A stretch of DNA of 64,000 nucleotides, taken from positions 320,001 to 384,000 of the forward strand of contig JAVJQW010000070.1 of the NCBI GenBank assembly GCA_040218735.1, in the 5' to 3' direction. Position 1 is the first letter of the stretch; every line of letters begins with the position of its first letter. Shown here one piece after another: positions 19,923-30,473 of this stretch. Source of the DNA: Deltaproteobacteria bacterium. Its GTDB lineage: Bacteria > Myxococcota > Kuafuiibacteriia > Kuafuiibacteriales > Kuafuiibacteriaceae. A program made the position numbers and the translations under genes. The notes beneath the pieces are model-generated. The model was not told the DNA's origin. It searched no databases and was given only the letters and a program-made list of their open reading frames with translations.

Positions 19923-22827
19923 CGACGCGCCCTTCGGCGACGTCGATCCTCCGATCGAACATCGACGCGAGCTCGGCGTGGGCCGTGGCGACGATCGTCG
20001 TCCGCCCCGCCCGCACCGCCCGAATCGCGTGCGCGAGGTGCTCGGCCGTCGCGTCGTCGAACGTGTCGAGCGTCCCCGCCACCACGAGCACCGGCGCATC
20101 CACGTACAGCGCGCGTGCCAACGCGATCCTCAGCTCGTCGGCGACCGACATCGTCGGGCCTTCACGCCCGAGGGGGGTCTCGAACCCCAGCTCGAAGCGC
20201 GCGACGACCGGCTCGAGGCCGACCGCGATCGCGATCGCGCGCGCACGCTCGATGTCGGGCGACGCGCTGAGCGTGACGTTCTCGAGCACGGTGCCGTCGA
20301 ACACCCGCGGCACGTCGCCGACCATCGCGACGCGCTGGGCGAGCGCCGCGGTCCCGAGCGCGGCTATCGGCGTGTCGTCGTAGACGACCTCCCCGGTGCT
20401 GACCGGGCGCGCCCCCGCGATCACCGCGGCGAGCGCGTCGTGCCCCGAGCCGGTCGCACCCACGATCGCGACGTGCTCGCCGGCCCGCACGAGGAGCTCC
20501 GAGATCTCCAGGCCGGGCGCGGCGACGCGGCTGAGGCGAACGAGGCCCCGCAGGCTGGACACGTCGGCGGTCGGTGGCACCTCACCGCCGCGCCCCACGA
20601 GGCTCGACGCGAGGACCCCCACCATCTGGCGCGCGTAGCCGAGCGCGACGAACAGCTCGAACGCGCGCAGCACCGGCACCACCGTCAACAGGACCAGCGC
20701 GGACGCGCCGACGAGGGTGCCCATCGTGATCGCACCGCCACCGGAGAGCCGCGCGCCCAAGCCGAGCGCGACGACGAGGCCGACGGCGCCGATCGAGGTG
20801 ATGAGGCCGCGCCCCAGCGCCCGCAGCCCGGCTGCCCGCGCGAGCGCCTTCGCGCGAGCCTCGCGGGCGGCCTCCAACCGGAAAGCGAGGTGCGCGACGC
20901 GGCCGGTGGCAGCGAACTGCTCGCGCCCGGCGAGGAGGAGCTGCCGGCCGTGGCGCGCGAGGTCGGCCAGATCCTCGGCTTCGTCGACCCGGCGTGCGAG
21001 GCGTCGCCCCACGACGGCGGCGGTCGCGGCGTACGCGACGAACATCAGCGCCGCGAGGCCGGCGAACCGAAGGTCGAGGTAGGCGAGGCCCGCGAGGATC
21101 GCGAGCGAGTGCACGGCCCCCCCGACGCCCACCGTCAGCGCCGCCGACCACAGCTGCGTCACCCGCTGCGACTGCCCGAGCACGGGCGCGACGCGCGAGG
21201 TGTCTTGGAAGAACCGCGCGACGAGGAGCGCCTGCGTGAGGGTGTCTTCCAGCGTCGCCGCCGCCTCCGCTGCGGCGCGGGACTCAAGCGCGTGGGAAGC
21301 AAACGAGGCGACGACGAACGCCACCGTTGCGCCGAGCAGCGCGACGGTCACCGGCACGAGCAGCGCCTGCGTGCCCTCGACGACGACGCCGTCGATCAAC
21401 ACCGGAACGACCACACCGGGCACGACGGAGAGCAACCCCGCGACCAGCGCGAAGAGCACCGCGAGTCCGAGGCGCGCGCGCTGCGCGACGAAGCCGATGC
21501 GCGCCCACGACAGCAACGCGCCGTCCGGCGGGAGCTGCGCGGAGAGCAGCGCGCCGGGGCCCGGATCGCTGAGCGGCGGAATCGCGCCGAGCTTCGGTCG
21601 GGGGCGCGACGGTGGCGCCGGGTCCGTGCTCGGCGCGACGGGCTGCTGGCCGACCGTCGGATCCTCGGACGGCGCCGGCGCCGGGGGATCGGATGCGGGT
21701 CCTGGCTTCTGGGTCTGCTTGGCGATCGCGCGCAGAACGCCGGCGGGGATCGTGAGCACGCGCGCGTCGGTGACCGCGACGGCCGTGGCGCCGCGCGGTC
21801 GATCGTGGACGGCGCTGGTGACGCCGAGGACGTCGCCGGTGGTGGGCGCGGCGGAGCCCTGCGACGCGTCCGCGACGCTCATCCGGAAGCGCCCCTCGAC
21901 GACGACGTAGGCGGGTCCCGAAGGATCACCTTCGCGGAACAGGGCGTCGCCCTCGCCCACCGGCTGCTCGGTGCACTCGTCGGCCTGCTGGGCGAGGACA
22001 TCGCGTGGGATGCGCCGGAGCGCCTTCGCCGACAGGAGGATCTTCGCACGTGCGGCGCGCTGCGTGAGCTGCTCGAGCCAGTGCAGCCCCGAGCCGTACC
22101 GGCCGGCCCACGCCTTTACGGCGTCGAGCGGAACCACGAGGACGTCGGCGGACTCCACCACGACGTACGTCGCGGCGTACTTGCCGTCGGTCACCATCGT
22201 CGCGCCGACCACGTCGCCGGGGCCGAGGACGTCCACGACCAGGTCGCCCTCCAACGCGCGTACCGCGCCGCGGACGAGCACCACCAAGGTGCCCGCGGGC
22301 GACGACTGGTTCGCGATCGGCGTCCCGGCGTCGACCGTGCGGCGCTGCCCGGCCGCGAAGAGATCCTTGCGCGCCTTGACCTCGAGCCGAGCGAGCAGAC
22401 CGACGCTGGGCACCGCGTCGATCGGCGCGCCCGCGACCGTCTCGTCGTCCGGCATGTCGCTCTCGCCGGTGTTCTCGTGCTCGCCGAGGTGAACGGCCTG
22501 CAGGGCCATCGTCGGATCGGGTCGCCCGGTGATCGGACCGGAGGGGCCCGAGAGCGCCTCGGCGATCGGACCGGAGCCCGAGGGGGCCTCGGCGACCGGC
22601 TCGGCGCCGGAGGACAGGTTCACCGCCGGCATCCCCACGGTCGCGCCGTCGTCGTCGGGGAGCGCGCTCTCGTCGGTGGTGTCGTCGGTGAGCGCCCCGG
22701 CGATCATCTCGTCGGTGTGCCCTTCGCGAACGTCGAGCAGCGAGGACAGCTCACGAACGACGTCCACGACGTCGACGGCCTCGGTGGCGTCGACCGCTTT
22801 CTCGGCGTCTTCGTCGCCGTGGGCCAA
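19912..22827 (-). CDS. Two cyclic-nucleotide-binding domains fused to an ABC exporter TMD and a degenerate NBD
   Basis: LGPGDVVG and LFREGDPSGPAYVVVEG...PRGATAVA cNMP motifs; TM bundle; NBD landmarks GATGSGH, FDGTVLENV, IALARALY. Confidence 0.75.
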   Translation of the reverse strand: MAHGDEDAEKAVDATEAVDVVDVVRELSSLLDVREGHTDEMIAGALTDDTTDESALPDDDGATVGMPAVNLSSGAEPVAEAPSGSGPIAEALSGPSGPITGRPDPTMALQAVHLGEHENTGESDMPDDETVAGAPIDAVPSVGLLARLEVKARKDLFAAGQRRTVDAGTPIANQSSPAGTLVVLVRGAVRALEGDLVVDVLGPGDVVGATMVTDGKYAATYVVVESADVLVVPLDAVKAWAGRYGSGLHWLEQLTQRAARAKILLSAKALRRIPRDVLAQQADECTEQPVGEGDALFREGDPSGPAYVVVEGRFRMSVADASQGSAAPTTGDVLGVTSAVHDRPRGATAVAVTDARVLTIPAGVLRAIAKQTQKPGPASDPPAPAPSEDPTVGQQPVAPSTDPAPPSRPRPKLGAIPPLSDPGPGALLSAQLPPDGALLSWARIGFVAQRARLGLAVLFALVAGLLSVVPGVVVPVLIDGVVVEGTQALLVPVTVALLGATVAFVVASFASHALESRAAAEAAATLEDTLTQALLVARFFQDTSRVAPVLGQSQRVTQLWSAALTVGVGGAVHSLAILAGLAYLDLRFAGLAALMFVAYAATAAVVGRRLARRVDEAEDLADLARHGRQLLLAGREQFAATGRVAHLAFRLEAAREARAKALARAAGLRALGRGLITSIGAVGLVVALGLGARLSGGGAITMGTLVGASALVLLTVVPVLRAFELFVALGYARQMVGVLASSLVGRGGEVPPTADVSSLRGLVRLSRVAAPGLEISELLVRAGEHVAIVGATGSGHDALAAVIAGARPVSTGEVVYDDTPIAALGTAALAQRVAMVGDVPRVFDGTVLENVTLSASPDIERARAIAIAVGLEPVVARFELGFETPLGREGPTMSVADELRIALARALYVDAPVLVVAGTLDTFDDATAEHLAHAIRAVRAGRTTIVATAHAELASMFDRRIDVAEGRVVRT

Positions 22828-22886
22828 GACGCGCGCAGGATAGCCGTCCTCTGGGCGGCAGGCCAGCTTGGCACCGGGCCCGCGAG

Positions 22887-25800
22887 GTGTTTCAACGTAG
22901 ACGAACGGTGCGGTGTGTCTTCGTCAGTCGGGACCACGCCGCGCGCCTCGACGCCGCACGCCGGTACCTCGTGGAGCGCGAGGGACCGATCCTCGTGCTC
23001 GGCGCGACCAAGCGCGCCGCGGACGACTTCGTCAAAACCGCCGGTCCTGGCCCGGGAGCGGACGGTCTCGCGCTCCTCGGCGTTCACCGCCTGACCCTCG
23101 ATCTGCTGGCCCGCGAGCTCGCGCTGCTGCCGTTCGCACGCTCCAAGATCGCGCGCCTCACGGGGCTCGGGGCGTCCGCGCTCGCCGCGCGGGTCGTCCA
23201 CGCCACGCGACAGAACGGGGCGCTTCGATACTTCGAGCCGGTCGCGGACACACCCGGGTTCGGGTCGGCCGTCGCGCGGACGATCCGTGACGTCCGCGAA
23301 GCCGAGATCGAAGCCGCGGCGATCGAGGCGCTCGGCTCCGGGGGGGTCGACCTGCGGCGCCTCCTCGCGACCTACGAACGCGAGCTGTGGTCCCTCGGGC
23401 TCGCGGACCGGGCGCAGCTGCTCCGCGTCGCGGCGGATGTCGCGGGCCAACGCGAGCACCCGCTCGTGCGGCTGCCGGTAGTCATGCTCGACGTGTGGCC
23501 CGAGACCGTGGCCGAGACGCGGCTGATGAAGGCGCTGGCGCCCGACGAGGTCGTCGCGACGGCGCCGGTGCACGACCGCGATCGCGTCGAGCGCCTCGCG
23601 GCGCTGCTCGGCGCCGAGGTGGAGGACGTCGACACGCCCGCGAACGACCGCGCGTTGGATCGCGCGCGGCGCTACGTGTTCCTCGAGGAGCACCCGGCCG
23701 CCGCGTCGCCCGACGACTCCCTCACGTTCTTCTCCGCCCCCGGCGAAGCGCGCGAGTGCATCGAGATCGTCCGCCGCATCGAACGCCTCGCCGCGCGCGG
23801 GGTGCCGTTCGATCGCATGGCGGTGCTCCTCCGCAACGAGCGCACGTACACGCCGTTGTTGATGGACGCGCTCGGTCGCGCGCGCATCCCCGGCTTCTTC
23901 ACACGCGGCGTGCGCCGGCCGGATCCGTCGGGGCGCGCGTTGCTCGCGCTGTTGTCGTGCGCCGCGGAGGGCCTGTCGGCGTCGCGCTTCGCGGAGTACC
24001 TCTCGCTCGGTCGCACGCCCGAGGTCGACGCCGCCGGGGCGCCGGTCGAGCAGCCGACGCCGTGGGTACCGCCCAAGGAGGACGGCCAGCTCGTCTTCTT
24101 CACGTCGGTGGCGCCCCCGCCCGCTCCGACGCCGCCCGTGGAGCGCCGCCCGATCGACGTCCCGGTGTACTGGGAGAAGTTGCTCGTCGACGCCGCGGTG
24201 ATCGGCGGGCGTGACCGCTGGGCGCGGCGCCTCGGCGGTCTCGCGCGGGAGCTGAAGCTCCAGATCCAACGCCTCGGCGAGGACGCCGGGACACGTCGAC
24301 GCAAGAAGGAGCAGGACCTCGAGCAGGTCGAAAACCTCACCGCGTTCGCGCTGCCGCTGATCGATCTGCTCGACCAGCTCCCGGAGGCGGCGACCTGGCG
24401 CGTGTGGCTCGAGAAGCTCGGGGCCCTCGCGACGCGCGCGCTCGACGATCCCGAGCCGGTCCTCACGCTCCTCGCCGAGCTGCGGCCGATGGGCGACGTC
24501 GGCCCGGTCGGGCTCGACGAGGTGCGGCTCGTGCTCGACGAACGGCTCGGTTTCCTCCGCGAGGAGCCGACCGGGTCGCGCTTCTCGAAGGTCTTCGTCG
24601 CACCGATCGAGGAGGCGCGCGGGCGCTCCTTCGACGTGGTGTTCCTCCCCGGCCTCGCGGAGGGCATCTTCCCGCGCCGCGTCTACGAGGACCCGCTCCT
24701 CCTCGACGGCGACCGTCGGCGCATCGATCCCGACTTCGTCGTGCAGGCGCGCGAGCTCGCGCGCGAGCGCGACCGCCTCCACACCGCGCTCGGCGCGGCG
24801 GAGCATGCGGTGTTCGTCTCCTACCCGCGGATGAACGTCATCCAGGGCCGCCCGCGTGTGCCCTCCTTCTACGCGGTCGACGTGCTGCGCGCCGCGGAGG
24901 GGCGTGTGCTGGGGCTCGACGAGCTCTTCGAGCGCGGCACGAGCGCCGCCGATGCGCGCCTCGGGTGGCCAGCGCCGCGTCGCGCCGAGGAAGCGATCGA
25001 CGAAGCCGAGTACGACCTCGCGATACTCGGCCCGCTCGTGTTCGAAGCGCCGGAGGCGGTAAAGAGCCGCGGTCGCTACCTGGTCGAGGGCGACGATCGC
25101 GAAGTCGCCAACCAACACCTCGTGCGCGGGCTGCGCTGGTACGCGTCGCGGTCGCGCTCGGCGTGGCGCCCGGGCGACGGCCTCGTCGCGCCCGACGACC
25201 GCACCCACGAAGTCCTCGGGCGTCACCGCCTCGGGCACCGCAGCTACTCACCGACCGCGCTGCAGTCGTACGCGACGTGCCCGTACCGCTTCCTCCTCCA
25301 CGCGGTGCACTACCTTCGGCCGCGCGAGGAGGCGGTGCCGCTGGAGGACGTCGATCCGCTGACGCGGGGCTCGCTGTTCCACCACGTGCAGTACGAGCTG
25401 TTCTTGAAGCTGCGCGCGGCCGAGCTGTTGCCCGTCGACGAAGACGGCCTCGACCCCGCGCTCGCGATCCTCGAGGAGACGTTCGCGGAGGCGTCGAAGC
25501 AGTTCGAAGAGGACCTCGCGCCGGCCATCCCGCGGGTGTGGTCGCGCCACATGGACGCGCTGCGCACCGAGCTGCGCGCGTGGCTGCGGTCGATCGCCGC
25601 GAAGCAGACGGCGTGGCGGCCCATCCACGCCGAGCTCGCGTTCGGGCTGAAGCCGGGGCCCGGGCGCGACCCGCAGAGCACACCTCGCCCTGCGAAGATC
25701 CTCGACGCCTACGAGGTGCGGGGCGCGATCGATCTAGTGGAGGAAAACGTCGAGACCGGCGCGGTGCGCGTGACCGACCACAAGACCGGACGGACGCCGA

Positions 25801-26159
25801 GCCCCTGGCCAGCGACCGTCGGCGGCGGGCGCCACCTGCAGCCGCTCGTCTACGGCCTCGCGGCGGAGCACGTCCTCGGCCGGGACGTGCAGGAGGGGCG
25901 CCTGTTCTACTGCACGACGCGCGAGAACTTCTCCGAGGTCGTCATCCCCGTGAACGACGCGACGAAAGACAAGTTGCGCGAGGTGCTGGAGACGATCGAC
26001 GGCGCGCTCGAGAAGGGCTTCCTCCCCGTCGCGCCCGACCGCGGCGCGTGCCGCTACTGCGACTACCGCGCGGTGTGCGGACCGGGTGAGGAGGAGCGCC
26101 TGCGCCGCAAGCGCCCCGACGACCTCGAACCGTTGGTGAAGCTGAGGGGGATGTCGTGA
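22887..26159 (+). CDS. addB: AddB-like helicase-nuclease subunit with PD-(D/E)XK nuclease and Fe-S Cys motif (start may be GTG 22908)
   Basis: SPTALQSYATCPY, RGAIDLVE...DHKTG, CRYCDYRAVC; overlaps the addA start. Confidence 0.85.
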   Translation: MFQRRRTVRCVFVSRDHAARLDAARRYLVEREGPILVLGATKRAADDFVKTAGPGPGADGLALLGVHRLTLDLLARELALLPFARSKIARLTGLGASALAARVVHATRQNGALRYFEPVADTPGFGSAVARTIRDVREAEIEAAAIEALGSGGVDLRRLLATYERELWSLGLADRAQLLRVAADVAGQREHPLVRLPVVMLDVWPETVAETRLMKALAPDEVVATAPVHDRDRVERLAALLGAEVEDVDTPANDRALDRARRYVFLEEHPAAASPDDSLTFFSAPGEARECIEIVRRIERLAARGVPFDRMAVLLRNERTYTPLLMDALGRARIPGFFTRGVRRPDPSGRALLALLSCAAEGLSASRFAEYLSLGRTPEVDAAGAPVEQPTPWVPPKEDGQLVFFTSVAPPPAPTPPVERRPIDVPVYWEKLLVDAAVIGGRDRWARRLGGLARELKLQIQRLGEDAGTRRRKKEQDLEQVENLTAFALPLIDLLDQLPEAATWRVWLEKLGALATRALDDPEPVLTLLAELRPMGDVGPVGLDEVRLVLDERLGFLREEPTGSRFSKVFVAPIEEARGRSFDVVFLPGLAEGIFPRRVYEDPLLLDGDRRRIDPDFVVQARELARERDRLHTALGAAEHAVFVSYPRMNVIQGRPRVPSFYAVDVLRAAEGRVLGLDELFERGTSAADARLGWPAPRRAEEAIDEAEYDLAILGPLVFEAPEAVKSRGRYLVEGDDREVANQHLVRGLRWYASRSRSAWRPGDGLVAPDDRTHEVLGRHRLGHRSYSPTALQSYATCPYRFLLHAVHYLRPREEAVPLEDVDPLTRGSLFHHVQYELFLKLRAAELLPVDEDGLDPALAILEETFAEASKQFEEDLAPAIPRVWSRHMDALRTELRAWLRSIAAKQTAWRPIHAELAFGLKPGPGRDPQSTPRPAKILDAYEVRGAIDLVEENVETGAVRVTDHKTGRTPSPWPATVGGGRHLQPLVYGLAAEHVLGRDVQEGRLFYCTTRENFSEVVIPVNDATKDKLREVLETIDGALEKGFLPVAPDRGACRYCDYRAVCGPGEEERLRRKRPDDLEPLVKLRGMS

Positions 26160-29100
26160 TCGACGGCGAAGCACGCGACCTCATCCGGCAGGGGCTCGAC
26201 GAGAGCCTCCTCGTCGAGGCGTCGGCGGGCACCGGCAAGACCTACGAGCTCGTGGAGCGGCTGGTGGAGCTGCTCGCGTCAGGTGTCGACGTGGACGCGG
26301 TGGTGTGTGTGACGTTCACGCGCAAGGCAGCGGGTGAGCTGAAGCTGCGCCTGCGCGAAGCGTTGGACCGAAAACGACGCGAGGCGATCGGCGTCCGCAA
26401 GGGGCACCTCGAGCGCGCCGTGTCGCGGCTAGAAGCGGCGCACATCGGCACGATTCACGCATTCTGTACGGAGATCCTCCGCGAGCGCCCGGTGGAGGCG
26501 CGCGTGGATCCGACGTTCACGGAGGTCGCCGAGGGTGAAGCCGACGCGATCTTCGCGCGCGCGTTCGACGGGTGGCTCCAGGAGAACCTCGGGACGATGC
26601 CGCCGGGGCTACAGCGTGTGCTGAGCCGACGCCCGCCGTGGAACTCGGACGAGTCGCCGGCGCAGCGGCTCGCGGGTGCGGCCAAGACACTCGTCACGTG
26701 GCGTGACTTCCCCACGCGCTGGCGACGCGAGCCCTTCGACCTCGCGCGCAACCTCGACGCGTTCGTCGCGCGCGTCGCGGAGGTCGCGGACGCGAGCGAG
26801 GCTTGCCAGGACGACCGCGACGCGCTGCGCTTCGGCACCGAGCCGGCGCGCGACTTCATGCGCTGGTACGAACGCGTGGAGCTCGACGGTCCGCGCGACG
26901 ACGCTGCGCTCGAAGCGCGCCTGATCGATCTGCGCACGCAGATGAACCGCGGCAACCGCAAGAAACCGGGGTACGGACCGTACGGCGAAGGGGTCAGTCG
27001 GGCGTCGCTCATCGGTGCGCGGGACAAGCTCCTCCAGGACCTGGAGGGCTTCGCGCGCCGCGCCAACGCGGACCTCGCAGCGGCGCTGCAGGGGGAGCTG
27101 TGGGACGTCGTCGAGCGCTACGAGGCGCTCAAGGCTCGCGTCGGCAAGCTCGACTTCGACGACCTCCTGCTGCGCGCGCGCGACCTCGTGCGCGAGGACC
27201 AGGGCGTCCGCACCTACCTGCAGCAGCGCTTCACCCACCTGCTCGTCGACGAGTTCCAGGACACGGACCCGGTGCAGGCGGAGATCCTGTTCTTGCTCGC
27301 GGCGGACGACCCGGCCGAGTCGAACTGGCGGCGCGTGAACATCGTCCCGGGGAAGCTGTTCCTCGTCGGGGATCCGAAGCAGTCGATCTACCGCTTCCGG
27401 CGCGCGGACACCGCGGTGTACCGCGCCGTGAAGACGCAGCTCGAGAAACAGGGCGTCGGCATCGTGCGCCTCTCTCACAGCTTCCGAGCGACGGCGCCGC
27501 TGCAGGCCGCGATCAACGTCGCCTTCGAGGACCGCATGGCGGACGACGCCGACTCCGGTCAGGCCGGCTACGTCCCGCTCGACGGTGGCCCCGAGCCACC
27601 GCCCGGGCAGCCTTCCCTCGTCGCCCTCCCCGTCCCGCACGTACACGGGAAGTACTCACCGTACGCGGAGGAGATCCGAAAGTCGCTCCCGGACGCGGTG
27701 GGCGCGTACATCGGGTGGCTCCTCGAACACAGCGGTTGGACGGTGCGCGAAGGCGGCGAGCGCGTCCCGCTCGACGCCAAACACATCGCGGTGCTCTTCC
27801 GACGGTTCGTCGCGTCGGGCCACGACGTCACGGCGCCCTACGTGCGTGCGTTGGAGCGGCGGACGATCCGCCACGTGGTCGTCGGCGCACGTTCGCTGCA
27901 CGACCGCGAGGAGGTCGAGGCGCTCTTGTCCGCGGCGCAGGCGATCGAGTGGCCGAGCGACGAGCTCGCGGTCTTCGCGACGCTGCGCGGCCCGCTGTTC
28001 GGGCTGCCCGACGAGCTCCTCCTCGACTACCGCTCGCGTTACCACCACCTCGACCCGTTCAAGTTGCCGAAGAAGGCGCCCTCCGAGGTGCTCACGCCGG
28101 TGGTGACCGCGCTGACGATACTCCACGACCTCTCCGCCGAGCGGAACGACCGGCCGTTCGTCGACACGATGCAGTCGCTGCTCGCGCAGACCCGCGCCGT
28201 GGCGGGCTTCGCGCTGCGGCCCGGCGGCAACCAGGTCCTCGCGAACGTGCAGGAGGTGCTGAACCTCGCGCGGAGCTTCGAGCTGTCCGGCGGCATCAGC
28301 TTCCGCGGGTTCGTCGAGCGATTGAAACAAGCCACCGAGGACGCGCGAGCGAGCGACACGGCGGCGTACGAGGAAGGCACCTCGGGCGTGCGCATGATGA
28401 CGGTGCACAGCGCGAAGGGCCTCGAGTTCCCGGTGGTGATCCTCGCGGACACCACCGCCTCGCTGTTCTTCTCCACGCCGAACCGCACCATCGATCCGGA
28501 GCGCCGCCTCTGTGCGACCACGCTGATGGGCTGCGCGCCGTGGGAGCTGCTCGACCACCAGGACCGCGAGAAGAACTTCGACGAGGCGGAGGGGGTGCGC
28601 CTCGCGTACGTCGCGGCGACGCGCGCGCGGGATTTGTTGGTGGTGCCGACGATCGGCGAAGGCGCGGACCACATGGTGTACCGCGGGCAGAGCTGGGTCT
28701 CGCCGCTCGACGGCGTGGTGTACCCGGCGCTTCAGAACTACCGAAAGTCGGAGCCGTTCCCCGGCGTTCCGGTGAAGGGCGAGCGCTCGGTGCTGAGCTA
28801 CCCGACCGAGCCCGGCGCGAAGACGCGCCCCAATGTTCGCCCGGGGTGGACGACCGGGCGCGCCGGAGGGCCCGGCGTGTTGTGGTGGGATCCGGCGACG
28901 CTCACGCTCGACCCGCCGGCGACGTTCGGGTTGCGGCACGAGCACTTCCTCGCGCCGGGGGACGAAGCCGCGCAGAGCCTCGCCCGCCACGCGGACTGGA
29001 AGGCGCAGCGGAACAAGGCGCTGGAGGAAGGGGAGATCGCGACCGTCGAGACGATGCGCGCGACGGAAGCGATCGAGGCGCCGCACGGCTACGACGCGAT

Positions 29101-29569
29101 CCTCGACGAGGTCGTCCTCGACAAGGAGCCGGACCGCCCCGCCGGCAAACGCTTCGGCACGCTGGTGCACCAGGTCCTGCGCGACGTCGCGTTCGATGCT
29201 CCGCCCGAGGACATCCGTGCGCTCGCCGAGATGCACGCGCGGGTGCTCGGCTGCGACGGCGACGAGGTCGCGGCGGCGACCGCGGCGGTGCAGACCGCGT
29301 TGGGCAGCGAGATCATCGAGCGCGCGCGCGGCGCGACGAACGTGCAGCGTGAGTACCCGGTGGTGTTCGAGACCGACTTCGGCGAAGTGCTCGACGGCGT
29401 GATCGACCTGATCTTCGAGGAAGGCGACGACTGGGTCGTCGTCGACTACAAGACCGACCGCGATCCCTTCGAACGCACGGACGCCTACCGCCGGCAGATG
29501 GCGTGGTACCTCTTCGCGATCGAGCGCATCACGAAGCGCGGCGCCCGCGGCGTGTTGTTGTCGATTTAG
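26156..29569 (+). CDS. addA: AddA-like UvrD/SF1 helicase-nuclease
   Basis: ASAGTGKT, VTFTRKAA, VDEFQDT, VGDPKQSIYRFR, MTVHSAKGLEF, YVAATRA, GVIDL...DYKTD. Confidence 0.9.
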   Translation: MIDGEARDLIRQGLDESLLVEASAGTGKTYELVERLVELLASGVDVDAVVCVTFTRKAAGELKLRLREALDRKRREAIGVRKGHLERAVSRLEAAHIGTIHAFCTEILRERPVEARVDPTFTEVAEGEADAIFARAFDGWLQENLGTMPPGLQRVLSRRPPWNSDESPAQRLAGAAKTLVTWRDFPTRWRREPFDLARNLDAFVARVAEVADASEACQDDRDALRFGTEPARDFMRWYERVELDGPRDDAALEARLIDLRTQMNRGNRKKPGYGPYGEGVSRASLIGARDKLLQDLEGFARRANADLAAALQGELWDVVERYEALKARVGKLDFDDLLLRARDLVREDQGVRTYLQQRFTHLLVDEFQDTDPVQAEILFLLAADDPAESNWRRVNIVPGKLFLVGDPKQSIYRFRRADTAVYRAVKTQLEKQGVGIVRLSHSFRATAPLQAAINVAFEDRMADDADSGQAGYVPLDGGPEPPPGQPSLVALPVPHVHGKYSPYAEEIRKSLPDAVGAYIGWLLEHSGWTVREGGERVPLDAKHIAVLFRRFVASGHDVTAPYVRALERRTIRHVVVGARSLHDREEVEALLSAAQAIEWPSDELAVFATLRGPLFGLPDELLLDYRSRYHHLDPFKLPKKAPSEVLTPVVTALTILHDLSAERNDRPFVDTMQSLLAQTRAVAGFALRPGGNQVLANVQEVLNLARSFELSGGISFRGFVERLKQATEDARASDTAAYEEGTSGVRMMTVHSAKGLEFPVVILADTTASLFFSTPNRTIDPERRLCATTLMGCAPWELLDHQDREKNFDEAEGVRLAYVAATRARDLLVVPTIGEGADHMVYRGQSWVSPLDGVVYPALQNYRKSEPFPGVPVKGERSVLSYPTEPGAKTRPNVRPGWTTGRAGGPGVLWWDPATLTLDPPATFGLRHEHFLAPGDEAAQSLARHADWKAQRNKALEEGEIATVETMRATEAIEAPHGYDAILDEVVLDKEPDRPAGKRFGTLVHQVLRDVAFDAPPEDIRALAEMHARVLGCDGDEVAAATAAVQTALGSEIIERARGATNVQREYPVVFETDFGEVLDGVIDLIFEEGDDWVVVDYKTDRDPFERTDAYRRQMAWYLFAIERITKRGARGVLLSI

Positions 29570-30297
29570 GCGCGGGCGTAGAGGAACGCGTCGGCGAACA
29601 GGAAGCCCTGGACGAAGTCGACGCCGAGGCCGCGGGCGATCGAGAGGTGGCGGCGGCTCTCCACGCCTTCGAGCACGGTGCCGACGCCGCGTGCGCGCGC
29701 GAACTCGATCATGCCGCCGAGGAGGCTGCGGTACGCGGGGTCGCGGTCGAGGCGCTCGAACCAGCGGCGGTCGAGCTTGAGGTAGCGGACGTCTTCGAGG
29801 AGGTCGAACGAGAACAGGTTGTTCGTCCCGCCGATGTCGTCGAGCGCGACGTTCACGCCGGAGCCGTCGAGGCGCTGCGTGAAGCGTCGGACGTTGTCGA
29901 GGTTCGTGACCGAGGTGTTCTCGATGATCTCCACGACGAGGTCGTCCGCGCCGCCGAGCTCCGTGACCCAGTGGTCGAGCGCGGCGCCTTCGCAGACGTC
30001 GGGGTCGAGGTTCACGAACAGCGGGTGTTTCGCGGGGCGGTTCTCGAGCTGGAAGCGCTTGGCGCGGGTCTCGAGCGCGAGGAAACGCGCGCGTTGCTCG
30101 TGCAGCGCGTGGAAGACGTCGTCGGGCGCGTAGGTCGTGCCACCGACGGAGAAGCGCGCGAGCGCCTCGTAGCCCCAGATCGTCTCCTCGTCCGCGCGGA
30201 CGATCGGCTGGTACTCACACGCCGACGGGCTCGCCTCGATGGCTTCGAGCACGTCGCGCTGCGAAGGCGCGCTGCGGGGGACAGCCGACAACGGCAT
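29566..30297 (-). CDS. Stand-alone EAL-domain c-di-GMP phosphodiesterase (start uncertain, up to 30390)
   Basis: YQPI, YEALARF, FVNL, VEIIE, ALDDIG, LKLDR, EGVE, QGFLF. Confidence 0.88.
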   Translation of the reverse strand: MPLSAVPRSAPSQRDVLEAIEASPSACEYQPIVRADEETIWGYEALARFSVGGTTYAPDDVFHALHEQRARFLALETRAKRFQLENRPAKHPLFVNLDPDVCEGAALDHWVTELGGADDLVVEIIENTSVTNLDNVRRFTQRLDGSGVNVALDDIGGTNNLFSFDLLEDVRYLKLDRRWFERLDRDPAYRSLLGGMIEFARARGVGTVLEGVESRRHLSIARGLGVDFVQGFLFADAFLYARA

Positions 30298-30473
30298 CGG
30301 AGCGCTGATGTTAGTGACGCTCGACACGTCGAACAATCGAGAGAAGCCCTGCGGTCCGTTCGTTCTGCACTGCGCTCGTTGCAGTGCCAACGTGACACCG
30401 ACGCTCTAAACGCACGCGTAGCGCCCATTCGAAGCCGGCCCGTCCGTTGCACTGGGATCCGGACGTCACGACC

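Noticed and set aside
22869-22885. TGGCAC as a sigma54 promoter before addB
   Set aside because: The -12 element reads CCGC rather than TTGC; too weak to support.
19978-23094. Very long antisense or alternate-frame ORFs (also 10695-13247, 22704-25238, 26803-29352, 55463-57844)
   Set aside because: Expected stop-poor shadows of real genes in high-GC DNA; no motifs.
22887-29569. Helicase-nuclease pair as a novel defence system, or the Fe-S nuclease as Cas4
   Set aside because: Order, size and motifs fit housekeeping AddAB recombination repair.
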